This document shows, one piece after another, positions 18,739 to 28,606 of a DNA stretch of 64,000 nucleotides (within the stretch, counting starts at the first letter, position 1; the number at the start of each line of letters is the position of its first letter). Under the pieces are notes generated by a model. It was not told the DNA's origin and did not search any database. It saw nothing but the letters and a program-made list of their open reading frames with translations. The translations under genes were made by a program, and so were the position numbers. This DNA comes from an uncultured Blautia sp. (lineage in GTDB: Bacteria > Bacillota > Clostridia > Lachnospirales > Lachnospiraceae): assembly GCA_964528895.1 (NCBI GenBank), contig CAZGTY010000005.1, positions 245 through 64,244 of the forward strand. The letters are read 5' to 3'.

Positions 18739-21117
18739 TCACTCCACATGGACTGTTGCTTCCGCCTTACCATAGGGGCTCTCTGCCTGCAGGATCACAT
18801 CCTCGCCGCCATCCGGTTTTACCACGGCAAGAGCCTCGCCAAAATAGGTATCCGTCGTGTCTGTCAGATAGCTGTCCTCATAATAAGGGCACGCGCTTCC
18901 CAGGCCCAGAAGCCGGCCGCCCTTTACAGAAACTCTTATGTCTCCTCTCGCAAGAGGCTTCAGCTCTCCATTTTTATCGGTGTACTGCAATCTGATAAAA
19001 GCAAGACCGCCGTCCTTTTTCACTGTCTCCTGCTCCGGCAGCGCCGTAAGGATCGTCTCTTCTCCGGCAGTCACATACACCTTTTCCGCGATCGGTTGAT
19101 CCTGTTCGTCATAAGCCACTGCCTTTAATTCGCCGTCACGGTAGGTGGTGTGGAAGGACACCCGGCAGTCGCCGGCCGGTTTTCTGGTCCCCACACATTC
19201 GCCGTTTACAAAAAGCTTCACCTTCGAAGCCCTGGCATAAACCTCCACCTTTGCCTCATTGCCGCCGCATCCGTTCCAGGACCAGCTTTCCAGCGCATTT
19301 GACATTTTCCATGCGGATGGGGAATGGCTGTCCTTCGTATGATTTACCGGGACAACGCCCATACCGATTTTGTCAATGCCGAAAGCCACGCGGGTATAAG
19401 CCATCTCCGCCAGCTCCCTGCCGATAAGGTCGATACGTCCGGAACCTGCCGCCACCCAGCCGCAGCCTCCGTCAAAGCGCGGCGCATAATCCTTGTACTC
19501 CCAGGAGCCGATCGCCACCTCGCCCAGATAATCCATGCCGGCCCACACAAAATCTCCGATGATGCGCGGTTCATCCTTTGCCAGCTCGGTAAACTGATAG
19601 GCATCCGCGCAGAAGGTTTCGCTCCCCAGAATAATACGCTTCGGATATTTTTTCAGATCATGGCGATAACGCTTGATACCGTAATTATAGCCCGCCACAT
19701 CCATCTGCGCGTAGGCATCCCTCGTCTTTACATCGCAGGGATACAGCGTCGCGCCAATTTTCATAAAGTTTGCTCCGAAAATACCTGCAACGGTATTATA
19801 GAATTCACTTCCCACGGCTTTTTTCTTTTCCGCGTCCGCCGCTGCCTGGTCTGCTTTTTTATCACTGTAAACGCCAAAGCCCATGGAACTCAGGAAGTTA
19901 AAGAAAATATTGACCCCGCAGCTCACCGGCCTGGTGGGATCCAGCTCATGGAGACGTTTTGTAAGGGCGCCGGTAAAGGCGATCCCCTTTTTCTGCGCTG
20001 TTTCCGAAACCTCATTTCCGGTAGAATACATGATCACCGAAGGATGATTGTAATCTTTATCCACCAGATCCTTCAGGTCTGATTTATAGTTCTTTTCGAT
20101 CTCTGTGGCATAATCATATTTTGTTTTGTGGATATACCAGCCGTCTATATATTCATCCATCACCAGCATTCCCAGGCGGTCGCATGCATCCAGCATAGCC
20201 TTTGAGCACGGATTGTGCGCCGAACGGATGGCATTGTAGCCCGCTTCCTTTAAAATGCGGATCTTGCGCTCCTCTGCAAAATCATAGGCACACGCGCCCA
20301 GGATGCCATTGTCATGATGGATGCAGGCGCCGTTCAGGATCACCCGTTCCCCATTAATGCGGAAACCCTTTTCCGGCGTACATTCTACTGTACGGATCCC
20401 GAACTTCACCTCCTGCACATCCTCCCCGAAGGTTACCTTGCAGGTGTAAAGCTTCGGATTTTCCGGACTCCACAGCTCTGCGCCGGGAAGAACCATTTCC
20501 AGCCTGCATTTTTTACTGCCGTCCGCCAGGCCATCCTCACAGGCGAGAATACGGTCCCCGTCCAGAATCTCCACCAGAACATGATCGCTGGCCGTAGTCT
20601 CCACCGCTGCCTGTATTTTCCGTTTTTCATAATCCAGAGTGGTAATTTTGATCCTGTCCACTTTAATGTGCTTCTTCGGAGCAATGTACATCCACACCGG
20701 ACGGTAAATACCCGTTCCGGAATACCAGCGGCAATTCGGCTGATCGCTGTTGATCACCTCCACACGGAGAGTATTCTCCCCATCCATATTCAGGTGGGAC
20801 GTCGCGTCCACATAAAAACCGGTATAGCCATAGGAATGATACGCCACCTCTTCATCATTTAAATACACTGTGGCCTTCCGGTATACGCCCTCAAACTCCA
20901 GAAAAACCTTCTGGCCCTTTGCCTCTGCCGGGACCGTAAACGTCTTTTCATAGGTATAATCCTTCGCATCGTACCAGCCGTTTGTAACACCGGACGGGCA
21001 GTTTTCCTTCCGTTCATCCAAAAGCATGGCGTCGTGAGGCAGAGTCACCTCAAATGCCTGTTCCCTCTCTCCTGTGCGATAACAGATCCAACCGTTGTTA
21101 AACTCTGATTTTTGCAT
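18739..21117 (-). CDS. GH2 glycoside hydrolase (beta-galactosidase-like)
   Basis: LPHDAM, EFEGVY, RWYSGTGIYRPV, GACIHHDNG, IRSAHNP, NHPSVIMYSTGNE, ILGSET. Confidence 0.93.
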   Translation of the reverse strand: MQKSEFNNGWICYRTGEREQAFEVTLPHDAMLLDERKENCPSGVTNGWYDAKDYTYEKTFTVPAEAKGQKVFLEFEGVYRKATVYLNDEEVAYHSYGYTGFYVDATSHLNMDGENTLRVEVINSDQPNCRWYSGTGIYRPVWMYIAPKKHIKVDRIKITTLDYEKRKIQAAVETTASDHVLVEILDGDRILACEDGLADGSKKCRLEMVLPGAELWSPENPKLYTCKVTFGEDVQEVKFGIRTVECTPEKGFRINGERVILNGACIHHDNGILGACAYDFAEERKIRILKEAGYNAIRSAHNPCSKAMLDACDRLGMLVMDEYIDGWYIHKTKYDYATEIEKNYKSDLKDLVDKDYNHPSVIMYSTGNEVSETAQKKGIAFTGALTKRLHELDPTRPVSCGVNIFFNFLSSMGFGVYSDKKADQAAADAEKKKAVGSEFYNTVAGIFGANFMKIGATLYPCDVKTRDAYAQMDVAGYNYGIKRYRHDLKKYPKRIILGSETFCADAYQFTELAKDEPRIIGDFVWAGMDYLGEVAIGSWEYKDYAPRFDGGCGWVAAGSGRIDLIGRELAEMAYTRVAFGIDKIGMGVVPVNHTKDSHSPSAWKMSNALESWSWNGCGGNEAKVEVYARASKVKLFVNGECVGTRKPAGDCRVSFHTTYRDGELKAVAYDEQDQPIAEKVYVTAGEETILTALPEQETVKKDGGLAFIRLQYTDKNGELKPLARGDIRVSVKGGRLLGLGSACPYYEDSYLTDTTDTYFGEALAVVKPDGGEDVILQAESPYGKAEATVHVE

Positions 21118-21144
21118 ATTCACATTCCTTTCTTTATTTATTCA

Positions 21145-21184
21145 GGCAACGGTCATAGATCACACATTTCTATAACCGCTGCCG
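21145..21184. other. Intergenic stem-loop between GH78 and GH2
   Basis: GGCAaCGGTcATAGA...TCTATAACCGCTGCC imperfect inverted repeat. Confidence 0.5.
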
Positions 21185-21191
21185 TGTTATT

Positions 21192-24100
21192 TTAAACCGC
21201 CGTCACAGTAACCGCGCCGTCCGCCGCTTCAAAATGGTAGGTTCCCGCCACAAGCTCAAGCTGCTGCGTCCGGATACCGTTGTGCTCCGTCTCGCCGGTC
21301 AATGTCACGCCGTCACAGGCTGTGAGCTCTCCCTCCACCGGAAGGTAAAGAGTAGCGCTGGTATTCGCAGGAACGGTAACGTCATAGGATACCATGATCC
21401 CGTTCTCCGCAGTCCACCCGCTTGCAATGGTTCCGTATACGGAATCATAGGTTCCCCGTGCCTCCGTGAAGGTCCCACCCACAGTCGGCTGCAGGATAAA
21501 ATGCTGATAGCCAGGCTGCTCTTTGTCAGCCATAATACCAAGCTGATAGCCCATCATCCATTCTCCCACTGCTCCGTAGGAGTAATGATTGAAGGAATTC
21601 ATGGAGTTATTCCCACCGAATGCATTTTCCTCTGTATAAGAGTTCCAGCGCTCCCAGATGCTGGTGGCCCCCTGTGTCACCGGATACAGCCAGGATGCGT
21701 AATCTGTGGACTCAAACAGCTGATATGCCGTATCGTTCATGCCATAGTCAGAAAGCGCGTTCAAAAGGTTTCCGGTAGCGTTGAAGCCGGTCGTCAGTGT
21801 GTAGGGAACAATGGCGGCTCCGTCCGAATCTTCACCGGATGCTTCAGCAATGGATGCCTCATAATTTGCCAGAACCTTTTCCATGTTCTCATCGCTGATC
21901 ACGCCGAAGCGCAGCGGCGTAGCGTAGGATGCCTGCGTGTCCTGTATTTCTCCCTTTGTATTTTTTGTTTTACCCGTTTCCGAATCGATGAAAAATTCAT
22001 TCCACGCTTCTACGGCAACAGCGGAGATTTCACGATAGTTCTCCGCCCGCTCTGCGTCGCCCATAATGTCCGCGATCTCCGCAGCCTGGTTCAGGCAGTT
22101 GATATAGAGAACCTCTCCAAGGAGCGTGCTGTCCGTAACCACTCTTGCAAGATGATCCGCCAGCATGCCGACCTCCCCGGTCAGCCTTGGCTCCTCAAAT
22201 TTTTCGCCGCTTTCATCCTTGTAGGTCAAAGGTGTGGAAGCCAGGGTATCCACATACGCATAAATATTGTCCTTATTTTCCTCCAGGATCTCTTTCCTTC
22301 CGGTCTGTATGTACAGATTATACGGAATCGTCACCACCAGTGAATTCCAGGTGATGCCGAAGCTCTGACCATTGTGTTCGATCGTATCGTCCTCAGGCGC
22401 ATACTGAATAAATGCCGGCGTATACTGCGCGGACATGCCGGATTCTCCGCAGTCAGCACGGACGCTGTCCATCCATACGTCCAGGAAATTATAGGTATCC
22501 GCCACATAAGACCCGGTCAGCGCAAATACCTGCGCATCGCCGGTCCACCCCATACGTTCATTCCGCTGCGGACAATCGGTGGGAATGGAAATATAATTGC
22601 TCGTCGTGGAATTCGTAATGTTTCTGTAAAGCTGGTTGGTCAGCTCATTGGAGGATTCGTATGTGCCGGATGCGTCCAGTGATGAGAGTACCTGCATCTG
22701 AATGCATTCCGCCGGCAGCTCCGCCCCCAGCCCGCTGATCTCGATGTAGCGGTATCCATGGAAGGTCAGATCCGGTGCGAATACATTTTCACCCTCCTTC
22801 ATGGTATAGAAATCTGTCACCATAGCCGCACGGTAATTTTCCACCATCAGCGTTCCGTCGATGCCCTTCCCGGCGTACTCCTCCATTTCCGGATAAAGGA
22901 TCTCCGCAAAACGGACGGTCATCGTCCCGCCCGGCTTCACATATTCCTCCGGAATAGTAATCACAGGTACGCCGGATACGTTCTCGCCCATATCATAGAT
23001 GTAGGCGTCAGAGCCTTCCTTTGTCTCTCCCAGAGCTTCCACAACCTCATCGGTGCGGATCACATGTACCGGCGTATCGGTTCTGGTCACAAGCTGCGCA
23101 TTGGCAAACTGTTTTCTCGTTTCCACTACTGCGGCAGCGCCCCATGCTGAGTCGTCAAAGCCCGCGCTTGTCCAGCCTTCCACAGCTGCCTCCCTGGTGG
23201 CGTCATACCGCTCGCCCTGGAAGAAGGAAGCCAGGCGGACCGGCCCATCATTATAATAGCTCCAGGATCCATCTGTCACCAACACATCGTCGGTTCCATC
23301 CTCATAGCGGAGTACCAGCTTTGCCATCATGGCAGGCTGATCGCCATAGTAATTGTAATTAGAAACCTCATAAGTCATCTGGCCGGTCCACCAGCCTTCG
23401 CCCAGAACTGCGCCCATCGCGTTCGTTCCCTCTGAAAGCAGATCGGTCACATCGTAGGTATTATACGCAAGGTATGCATCGTATTCTTCGCAGCCCGGAT
23501 TGAACCATTCCTCCGGAGCTACCTCCTGTCCGTTTATATAGAAATTATAAATGCCCTGCGCTGTAAGGTAAAGCCTTGCAGATGCAACGCCGGATTTTAC
23601 CTCAAATTCCCTGCGGAGCATCGGCGCCGCGCCATAGGTGGGATCCGCGTAGCACAGCACACCGGCGTCGCCGCCTGCCACCGTGATCACATCGCCCTCC
23701 ACGCTCACGCCTTCCAGCCCGTCAAAGATCTCATAGGTTGCTCCCACGGTCTCCCCGAAAAGCTCGCCCTGGGCAAATTTCCCCGCGTTGGTTACCATGT
23801 AATCGGTGAATACCGCCGTCTCTCCCGCCTTTGCGGCAAAGCCGATGGAATTCAGATTCGGGAAGGAATTGTAGCTGCTGGAATCACCCAGAGTGTTGAT
23901 CGCGAATTTATCTCCCACTGTCTCTCCGTCCACGCTCACCACGATTGAGCTTCCGCTCACATTGATATCAATCTGATGCTCCTCATTTTTATTCGCCGTG
24001 GTGATCAGCTCATTCAGGTCTTCGTTTTCTTCGATAGTAAACACCGGCGTATCTGCCGAATCTTCTGCCGTATATCCCACACGGTACGCATGGATCCTTG

Positions 24101-24758
24101 CGCCGCTTCCGTCCACATCCGATATATCCAGCTCGATCCGCACATAATTTTCTCCTGCCACAGCCTCCGTATTATACACGGCGTTTTCCAGGCGGAAATC
24201 ATCCGCTCCCAAAATAAAGGACGCGCTGGCGCTTCCCTCCGGGATCTGTACCTTTGCCGAAATATTAAACGCGCACTGGGAGGCCGCATCCAGCTGAAGA
24301 TCCGGCGCCCCGATCATCTGCGCCCCATCCCAGGACTCCGTGGTAGTGTCCATAAATGCAGTCTCAAATGTTGCCGGATCCGATTCTATGACATTCCCGC
24401 CGTTATCAGTCACCGTCACCTTCCATGTGTAAGCGGTTTCCGGCTGAAGGGCCCCGCCTCCGTATCTGATCTCATTGGATACGCTGCTTTCCACCACGCC
24501 GGAATCCCAGACAACGGTTCCGCCGTCATCCGTCACCACGATCTGGTAGGACTGCTGCCCCGCGCCAATCGTATCCGACTGCATCTGCCAGGAAAATGCC
24601 GGTTCCGCTTCATCCAGCCCCAGAGGATCTGTCATTCCCTCGGTTTTCAGATTTACGATCGCCGTATCTTCGTCCTCCTCCGCAAAAACGAATACCGGCG
24701 CTGCGGTGAATGTCATGGCAGCGCTTAAAAGCATTGCCAGCCATTTTTTACTGTTCAT
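21192..24758 (-). CDS. Secreted GH78 alpha-L-rhamnosidase
   Basis: Signal peptide ending VFA|EED; APMLRREF, YDMGENVSG, FHGYRY, PTDCPQRNERMGWTGD, GATSIWERW, NSFNHYSYG. Confidence 0.93.
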   Translation of the reverse strand: MNSKKWLAMLLSAAMTFTAAPVFVFAEEDEDTAIVNLKTEGMTDPLGLDEAEPAFSWQMQSDTIGAGQQSYQIVVTDDGGTVVWDSGVVESSVSNEIRYGGGALQPETAYTWKVTVTDNGGNVIESDPATFETAFMDTTTESWDGAQMIGAPDLQLDAASQCAFNISAKVQIPEGSASASFILGADDFRLENAVYNTEAVAGENYVRIELDISDVDGSGARIHAYRVGYTAEDSADTPVFTIEENEDLNELITTANKNEEHQIDINVSGSSIVVSVDGETVGDKFAINTLGDSSSYNSFPNLNSIGFAAKAGETAVFTDYMVTNAGKFAQGELFGETVGATYEIFDGLEGVSVEGDVITVAGGDAGVLCYADPTYGAAPMLRREFEVKSGVASARLYLTAQGIYNFYINGQEVAPEEWFNPGCEEYDAYLAYNTYDVTDLLSEGTNAMGAVLGEGWWTGQMTYEVSNYNYYGDQPAMMAKLVLRYEDGTDDVLVTDGSWSYYNDGPVRLASFFQGERYDATREAAVEGWTSAGFDDSAWGAAAVVETRKQFANAQLVTRTDTPVHVIRTDEVVEALGETKEGSDAYIYDMGENVSGVPVITIPEEYVKPGGTMTVRFAEILYPEMEEYAGKGIDGTLMVENYRAAMVTDFYTMKEGENVFAPDLTFHGYRYIEISGLGAELPAECIQMQVLSSLDASGTYESSNELTNQLYRNITNSTTSNYISIPTDCPQRNERMGWTGDAQVFALTGSYVADTYNFLDVWMDSVRADCGESGMSAQYTPAFIQYAPEDDTIEHNGQSFGITWNSLVVTIPYNLYIQTGRKEILEENKDNIYAYVDTLASTPLTYKDESGEKFEEPRLTGEVGMLADHLARVVTDSTLLGEVLYINCLNQAAEIADIMGDAERAENYREISAVAVEAWNEFFIDSETGKTKNTKGEIQDTQASYATPLRFGVISDENMEKVLANYEASIAEASGEDSDGAAIVPYTLTTGFNATGNLLNALSDYGMNDTAYQLFESTDYASWLYPVTQGATSIWERWNSYTEENAFGGNNSMNSFNHYSYGAVGEWMMGYQLGIMADKEQPGYQHFILQPTVGGTFTEARGTYDSVYGTIASGWTAENGIMVSYDVTVPANTSATLYLPVEGELTACDGVTLTGETEHNGIRTQQLELVAGTYHFEAADGAVTVTAV

Positions 24759-24826
24759 AGCTGCTCCTTTCATCTGTCAGGTTCCATATATTAATGCTCC
24801 TGAATTCTTCAACGGTCATATTTCTG

Positions 24827-27259
24827 TCACTTTGCGATGGGAATTTCGATCGAATGCGCCCCGCTTTCATCTGTGACGGTAACCTTTACCGTCCCGGAAA
24901 CGCCCGCGCGCACAACAGCCATCGCCTCTCCATAATATGTAACTGTGTGGTCGTCCGTGTAATTGCCTTCCACATAAGCATTTGCGCTGCCAAGTCCAGC
25001 CAGCGTCCCATTTTCCACCTGTACCTTCAGGCTGTGCTTTTCCATGGGCTTCCAGATACCGTTTTCATCCGTGTACTGCATGGGAATAAACACCAGCCCC
25101 TCCGGCTTCGCCTTATCCGTCTCCGGCTTTAGCTGAAGTACGGTTTCCGTTCCTGCCGTCCGCATGGTCTGCCGTCCGATTTCCTTCCCGGATTCATCAT
25201 AGGAGATGGCTGTGATCTCCCCGTCCTCATAGGCAGTCTGGAAAACCGTGCGGCAATTCTTCCCAGGCATGGTCTTTTTCCCAACACTTTTCCCATTTAC
25301 AAAGAGCTCCACGCTGGCGGCTCTTGCATATACCTCCACGGTAGCCGGCATACCGGCGCAGTCCCTCCAGGACCAGCTCTCCAGCGCCTTTGTCAGCTGC
25401 CATCCCGTGATGCGCAGCTTACCCTTCTGATAAACGGGCATCACAGCCATAAATGGACCCTTTTCACGGTCAAAGGCAACCTTCGTATACGCGGCCTCCG
25501 CGCGGGGCTTCCCAAGAAGATCGATGCGCCCGTTTCCTCCGGTCATCCGGGTAGCCGGCCTGTCCCCGCCGAAGTTATAATCGCCGTACTCCGCGCACCC
25601 CTCTCCCACTTCTCCAATATAATCCATGCCGGTCCATACAAAATCTCCGATGATGCGCGGATGCTTTTTCGCCATTTCATAAAACGCATAAGCGTCCTTG
25701 CAGAAGGTTTCGCTTCCCAGGATCAGACGGTTGGGATATTTTTTCAGATCGTGCCGGTACCGGTAAATTCCATAGTTATAACCGGCAACATCCATATTCG
25801 CAAAGGCATCTCTCGTTTTTACATCACAGGGATAAAGAGTAGCCCCGCATTTCATAAAGCGGTCGCCCATCATACAGGCAAGGGTATTATAAAATTCACT
25901 TCCCACAGGCTTTTTCTTTTTGCCGTTTTTCTCCTTCGATTTTCTTTTTGCTTCTGCCTCCGCTGCTTTTTTTGCTGCGGCGTCGGCGTTTTTCTTTGCC
26001 TTATCGTCGCTGTAAACCCCAAGTCCCACGGAGCTTAAAAAGTTAAAGAAAATGTTGATGCCGCAGGTTACAGGTCTGGTCCCATCCAGTTTATTGATAT
26101 AATCCGTCAGCTGACCGGTAAGCTCGATCCCCTTCTTCTGGGCAGTCTCCGAAACCTCATTTCCGGTGGAATACATCACGACGCAGGGATGATTGTAATC
26201 CTTCTCAACCATATCCTTTAAATCTTTTTTCCACCAGTCAGTCATATAGTTCGCATAATCATGCTCCGTCTTATGGATGTACCACACATCCACATATTCG
26301 TCCATCATCAGCATTCCCAGACGGTCGCACGCTTCCAGCATCGCTTTGGAGCAGGGATAGTGGGAAGAGCGGAGGGCATTGTAGCCGTTTTCCTTCATGA
26401 TTCGCACCTTCCGCTCCTCAGCTTCCGGAAAAGCACAGGCGCCCAGCAGGCCGTTATCATGATGGAAACAGGCTCCCCGCAGGATGACATGCTTTCCGTT
26501 AATCGCCATGCCCACCCGGGGGTTATATTCCAAAAGGCGGATGCCGAAGGTTTCCTCGCACACGTCCTCCGCGTAGGCAGCACGGCAGGTGTAAAGGTTT
26601 GGATGCGCGCAGTTCCAGAGCTTTGCATCCGGTACTTCGATCTTAAATACCGCCGTATTTTCCTTCGCCTGCGCCTCTCTGGATACTACCGTCTTTTCCC
26701 CGTCGCGGATCTCCACCTTCACGGATCCCTCGCCGCTGGTCCTGACCGTCACCTCAATCACAGCAGGTTTAAAGCTCAGAGTGCGGATACGCACGCCGTT
26801 GAGCGGAATATGCTTTTCGTCCCCTGTCCACAGATAAACCGGGCGGTAAATACCCGTTCCCGGATACCACCGGCTGTTCGGCTGGTCCGCATTCTTTGCA
26901 ATGACCCGAATCTCGTTTTCCTTTCCCGCCTCCGCAAAGCCCTCCAGATCCACGTAAAAGTTTGTGTATCCATAGGGGCGGAAAGCCGCCTTTTTATCGT
27001 TTATATATACTTCCGCGTCATGGTAAACGCTCTCAAATTCCAGAATATTTTTCTTTCCCGCACGGTCCAGGGGCAATATAAATTTCTTTTTATATTCGTA
27101 ATCGCCGCCGATGTACCATCCGATGTTTCCCTCTCCCCGGCTCTCCTCGCTGCGGGGCTCGGATATCATGGCGTCATGCGGCAGTGTCACCGGATACTCC
27201 TCTTCATCCCTGGTGAGGCATCTGCACGTCCAGTCCCGGTTGAAATCCGTTTTTTTCAT
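24827..27259 (-). CDS. GH2 glycoside hydrolase, paralogue of 18739..21117
   Basis: Same GH2 motifs (LPHDAM, GACFHHDNG, YSTGNE, ILGSET); RBS AGGAGG before ATG 27259. Confidence 0.93.
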   Translation of the reverse strand: MKKTDFNRDWTCRCLTRDEEEYPVTLPHDAMISEPRSEESRGEGNIGWYIGGDYEYKKKFILPLDRAGKKNILEFESVYHDAEVYINDKKAAFRPYGYTNFYVDLEGFAEAGKENEIRVIAKNADQPNSRWYPGTGIYRPVYLWTGDEKHIPLNGVRIRTLSFKPAVIEVTVRTSGEGSVKVEIRDGEKTVVSREAQAKENTAVFKIEVPDAKLWNCAHPNLYTCRAAYAEDVCEETFGIRLLEYNPRVGMAINGKHVILRGACFHHDNGLLGACAFPEAEERKVRIMKENGYNALRSSHYPCSKAMLEACDRLGMLMMDEYVDVWYIHKTEHDYANYMTDWWKKDLKDMVEKDYNHPCVVMYSTGNEVSETAQKKGIELTGQLTDYINKLDGTRPVTCGINIFFNFLSSVGLGVYSDDKAKKNADAAAKKAAEAEAKRKSKEKNGKKKKPVGSEFYNTLACMMGDRFMKCGATLYPCDVKTRDAFANMDVAGYNYGIYRYRHDLKKYPNRLILGSETFCKDAYAFYEMAKKHPRIIGDFVWTGMDYIGEVGEGCAEYGDYNFGGDRPATRMTGGNGRIDLLGKPRAEAAYTKVAFDREKGPFMAVMPVYQKGKLRITGWQLTKALESWSWRDCAGMPATVEVYARAASVELFVNGKSVGKKTMPGKNCRTVFQTAYEDGEITAISYDESGKEIGRQTMRTAGTETVLQLKPETDKAKPEGLVFIPMQYTDENGIWKPMEKHSLKVQVENGTLAGLGSANAYVEGNYTDDHTVTYYGEAMAVVRAGVSGTVKVTVTDESGAHSIEIPIAK

Positions 27260-27367
27260 AGTCTTCCTCCTTGCTTTTCCCAGAATCCGAATACCTTGTG
27301 AAAATGTATGAGAGTACCCGCTGATTTCCCACGTTTTTTTCACGAACTCCCATACTCTGTCTTTTTG

Positions 27368-27434
27368 AGTTTAACTTATTTTGGGCACTTTGTGCAGAAA
27401 CATACGTAAAATGGCGCTTTTATTACGTAAATTG
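27368..27434 (-). promoter_or_regulatory. GH2-GH78 operon promoter with 21-bp-period direct repeat
   Basis: Putative -10 TAAACT (27373-27368); plus-strand TACGTAAAATG at 27403 and TACGTAAATTG at 27424. Confidence 0.55.
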
Positions 27435-27448
27435 TACAAGGCAAAAAT

Positions 27449-27487
27449 AATAAGCAACGTCCTGCCAAAACAGTCCGTTGCTTATCA
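27449..27487 (-). terminator. Terminator of the Gld-like ABC operon
   Basis: ATAAGCAACG...CGTTGCTTAT followed by TTTTT on the minus strand. Confidence 0.65.
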
Positions 27488-27573
27488 TTTTGTTTTACAG
27501 AGACACGCACGCCCTTTAATATCTTTACTTTTGAAAAGCTTATCTTTTACTTCGCTTCCGAAAAGCTATTCTT

Positions 27574-28590
27574 TCATATTTTCAAGTCCAAAAGGTCCTC
27601 CAGCACGGACGCCTCCAGAGTATGCACCTGATAAGAACCCTCCTGCTGAACATAGTAATTTCCGTCCCCGTCCCGGTCTCCGATACGGATAGTCAGCGTA
27701 TGCTGCTCCGCGTCCCCTGCTTCCGCGTCATCATCCTCAGCGGCGGCTTCTGTCTCTGTCTCTTCATCCTCCGTGGCGGTCTCTGTCTCAGTTTCCCATG
27801 TGATGATCACCTCGGTTCCCAAATCAAACCCGTATTTCTCATCGTCCGTGCAGTAATAATCCACATAGGAACTGTAGCTCAGATATCCCAGGGCAGAGAC
27901 AGCCGCCTCCACCTCATCCTGATCCAATTCGCCGTCCTTCCCGGTGACTGTCCACGTATCCTCCTCCTTTTGCAGCTCATAGCCCTCGCCGTCCTGCCTG
28001 ACGATGAGCTTCACAATGCTGTCCGATGAAAAGGAGTCCGGTTCATCACTCACCGCATAATCATACAGATCCCCGCTCACCGTTTCCCGAAGCGCGGATG
28101 ATATGGTATATATGACGGATGTATCCTCATCCTTCATCACATAATCATCTCCGGTCCCTTCATTGCTGTCGCCCAGCGTAATGGTGATCTCATTTCCATC
28201 GGAATCCTTTACCGAGAAAACATTCGACGGATCATCCATTCCAAACTCGCCCGTATCCTCGATATCCTCCAGCCTGCGAACCGCCTCAAGCGGCTCAAAG
28301 CAGGACAGGATCGATTGGAGCTCATCGGGATTTACCGGAAAATTCTCATCCTCCTCCAGTGTCCAGCCATCCTCATCCGACAGGAAGGTAAAGCTGTCCT
28401 CTCCCACACGGAGAGCGAAAGAAGCCACATCCCACCCGCTGATATCCACAATACTCTCAGCAGCGTCCGCTTCAGCCTCCTGAAGCTCCGCCTTCTCATT
28501 ATGATCCTTCAACAGATACCATGCGCCGAACAGCAGACAGATCGCCACAATTCCCGCGCCCAGAGTCACCGATTTTTTTGCCATTTTCAC
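27574..28590 (-). CDS. DUF4340-like acidic extracellular protein with N-terminal TM
   Basis: Two copies of the xFGxxxP...TITLGD...YY-type module; third gene of a Gld-type ABC operon. Confidence 0.75.
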   Translation of the reverse strand: MKMAKKSVTLGAGIVAICLLFGAWYLLKDHNEKAELQEAEADAAESIVDISGWDVASFALRVGEDSFTFLSDEDGWTLEEDENFPVNPDELQSILSCFEPLEAVRRLEDIEDTGEFGMDDPSNVFSVKDSDGNEITITLGDSNEGTGDDYVMKDEDTSVIYTISSALRETVSGDLYDYAVSDEPDSFSSDSIVKLIVRQDGEGYELQKEEDTWTVTGKDGELDQDEVEAAVSALGYLSYSSYVDYYCTDDEKYGFDLGTEVIITWETETETATEDEETETEAAAEDDDAEAGDAEQHTLTIRIGDRDGDGNYYVQQEGSYQVHTLEASVLEDLLDLKI

Positions 28591-28606
28591 TGCTGCCTCC
28601 TTTTAT

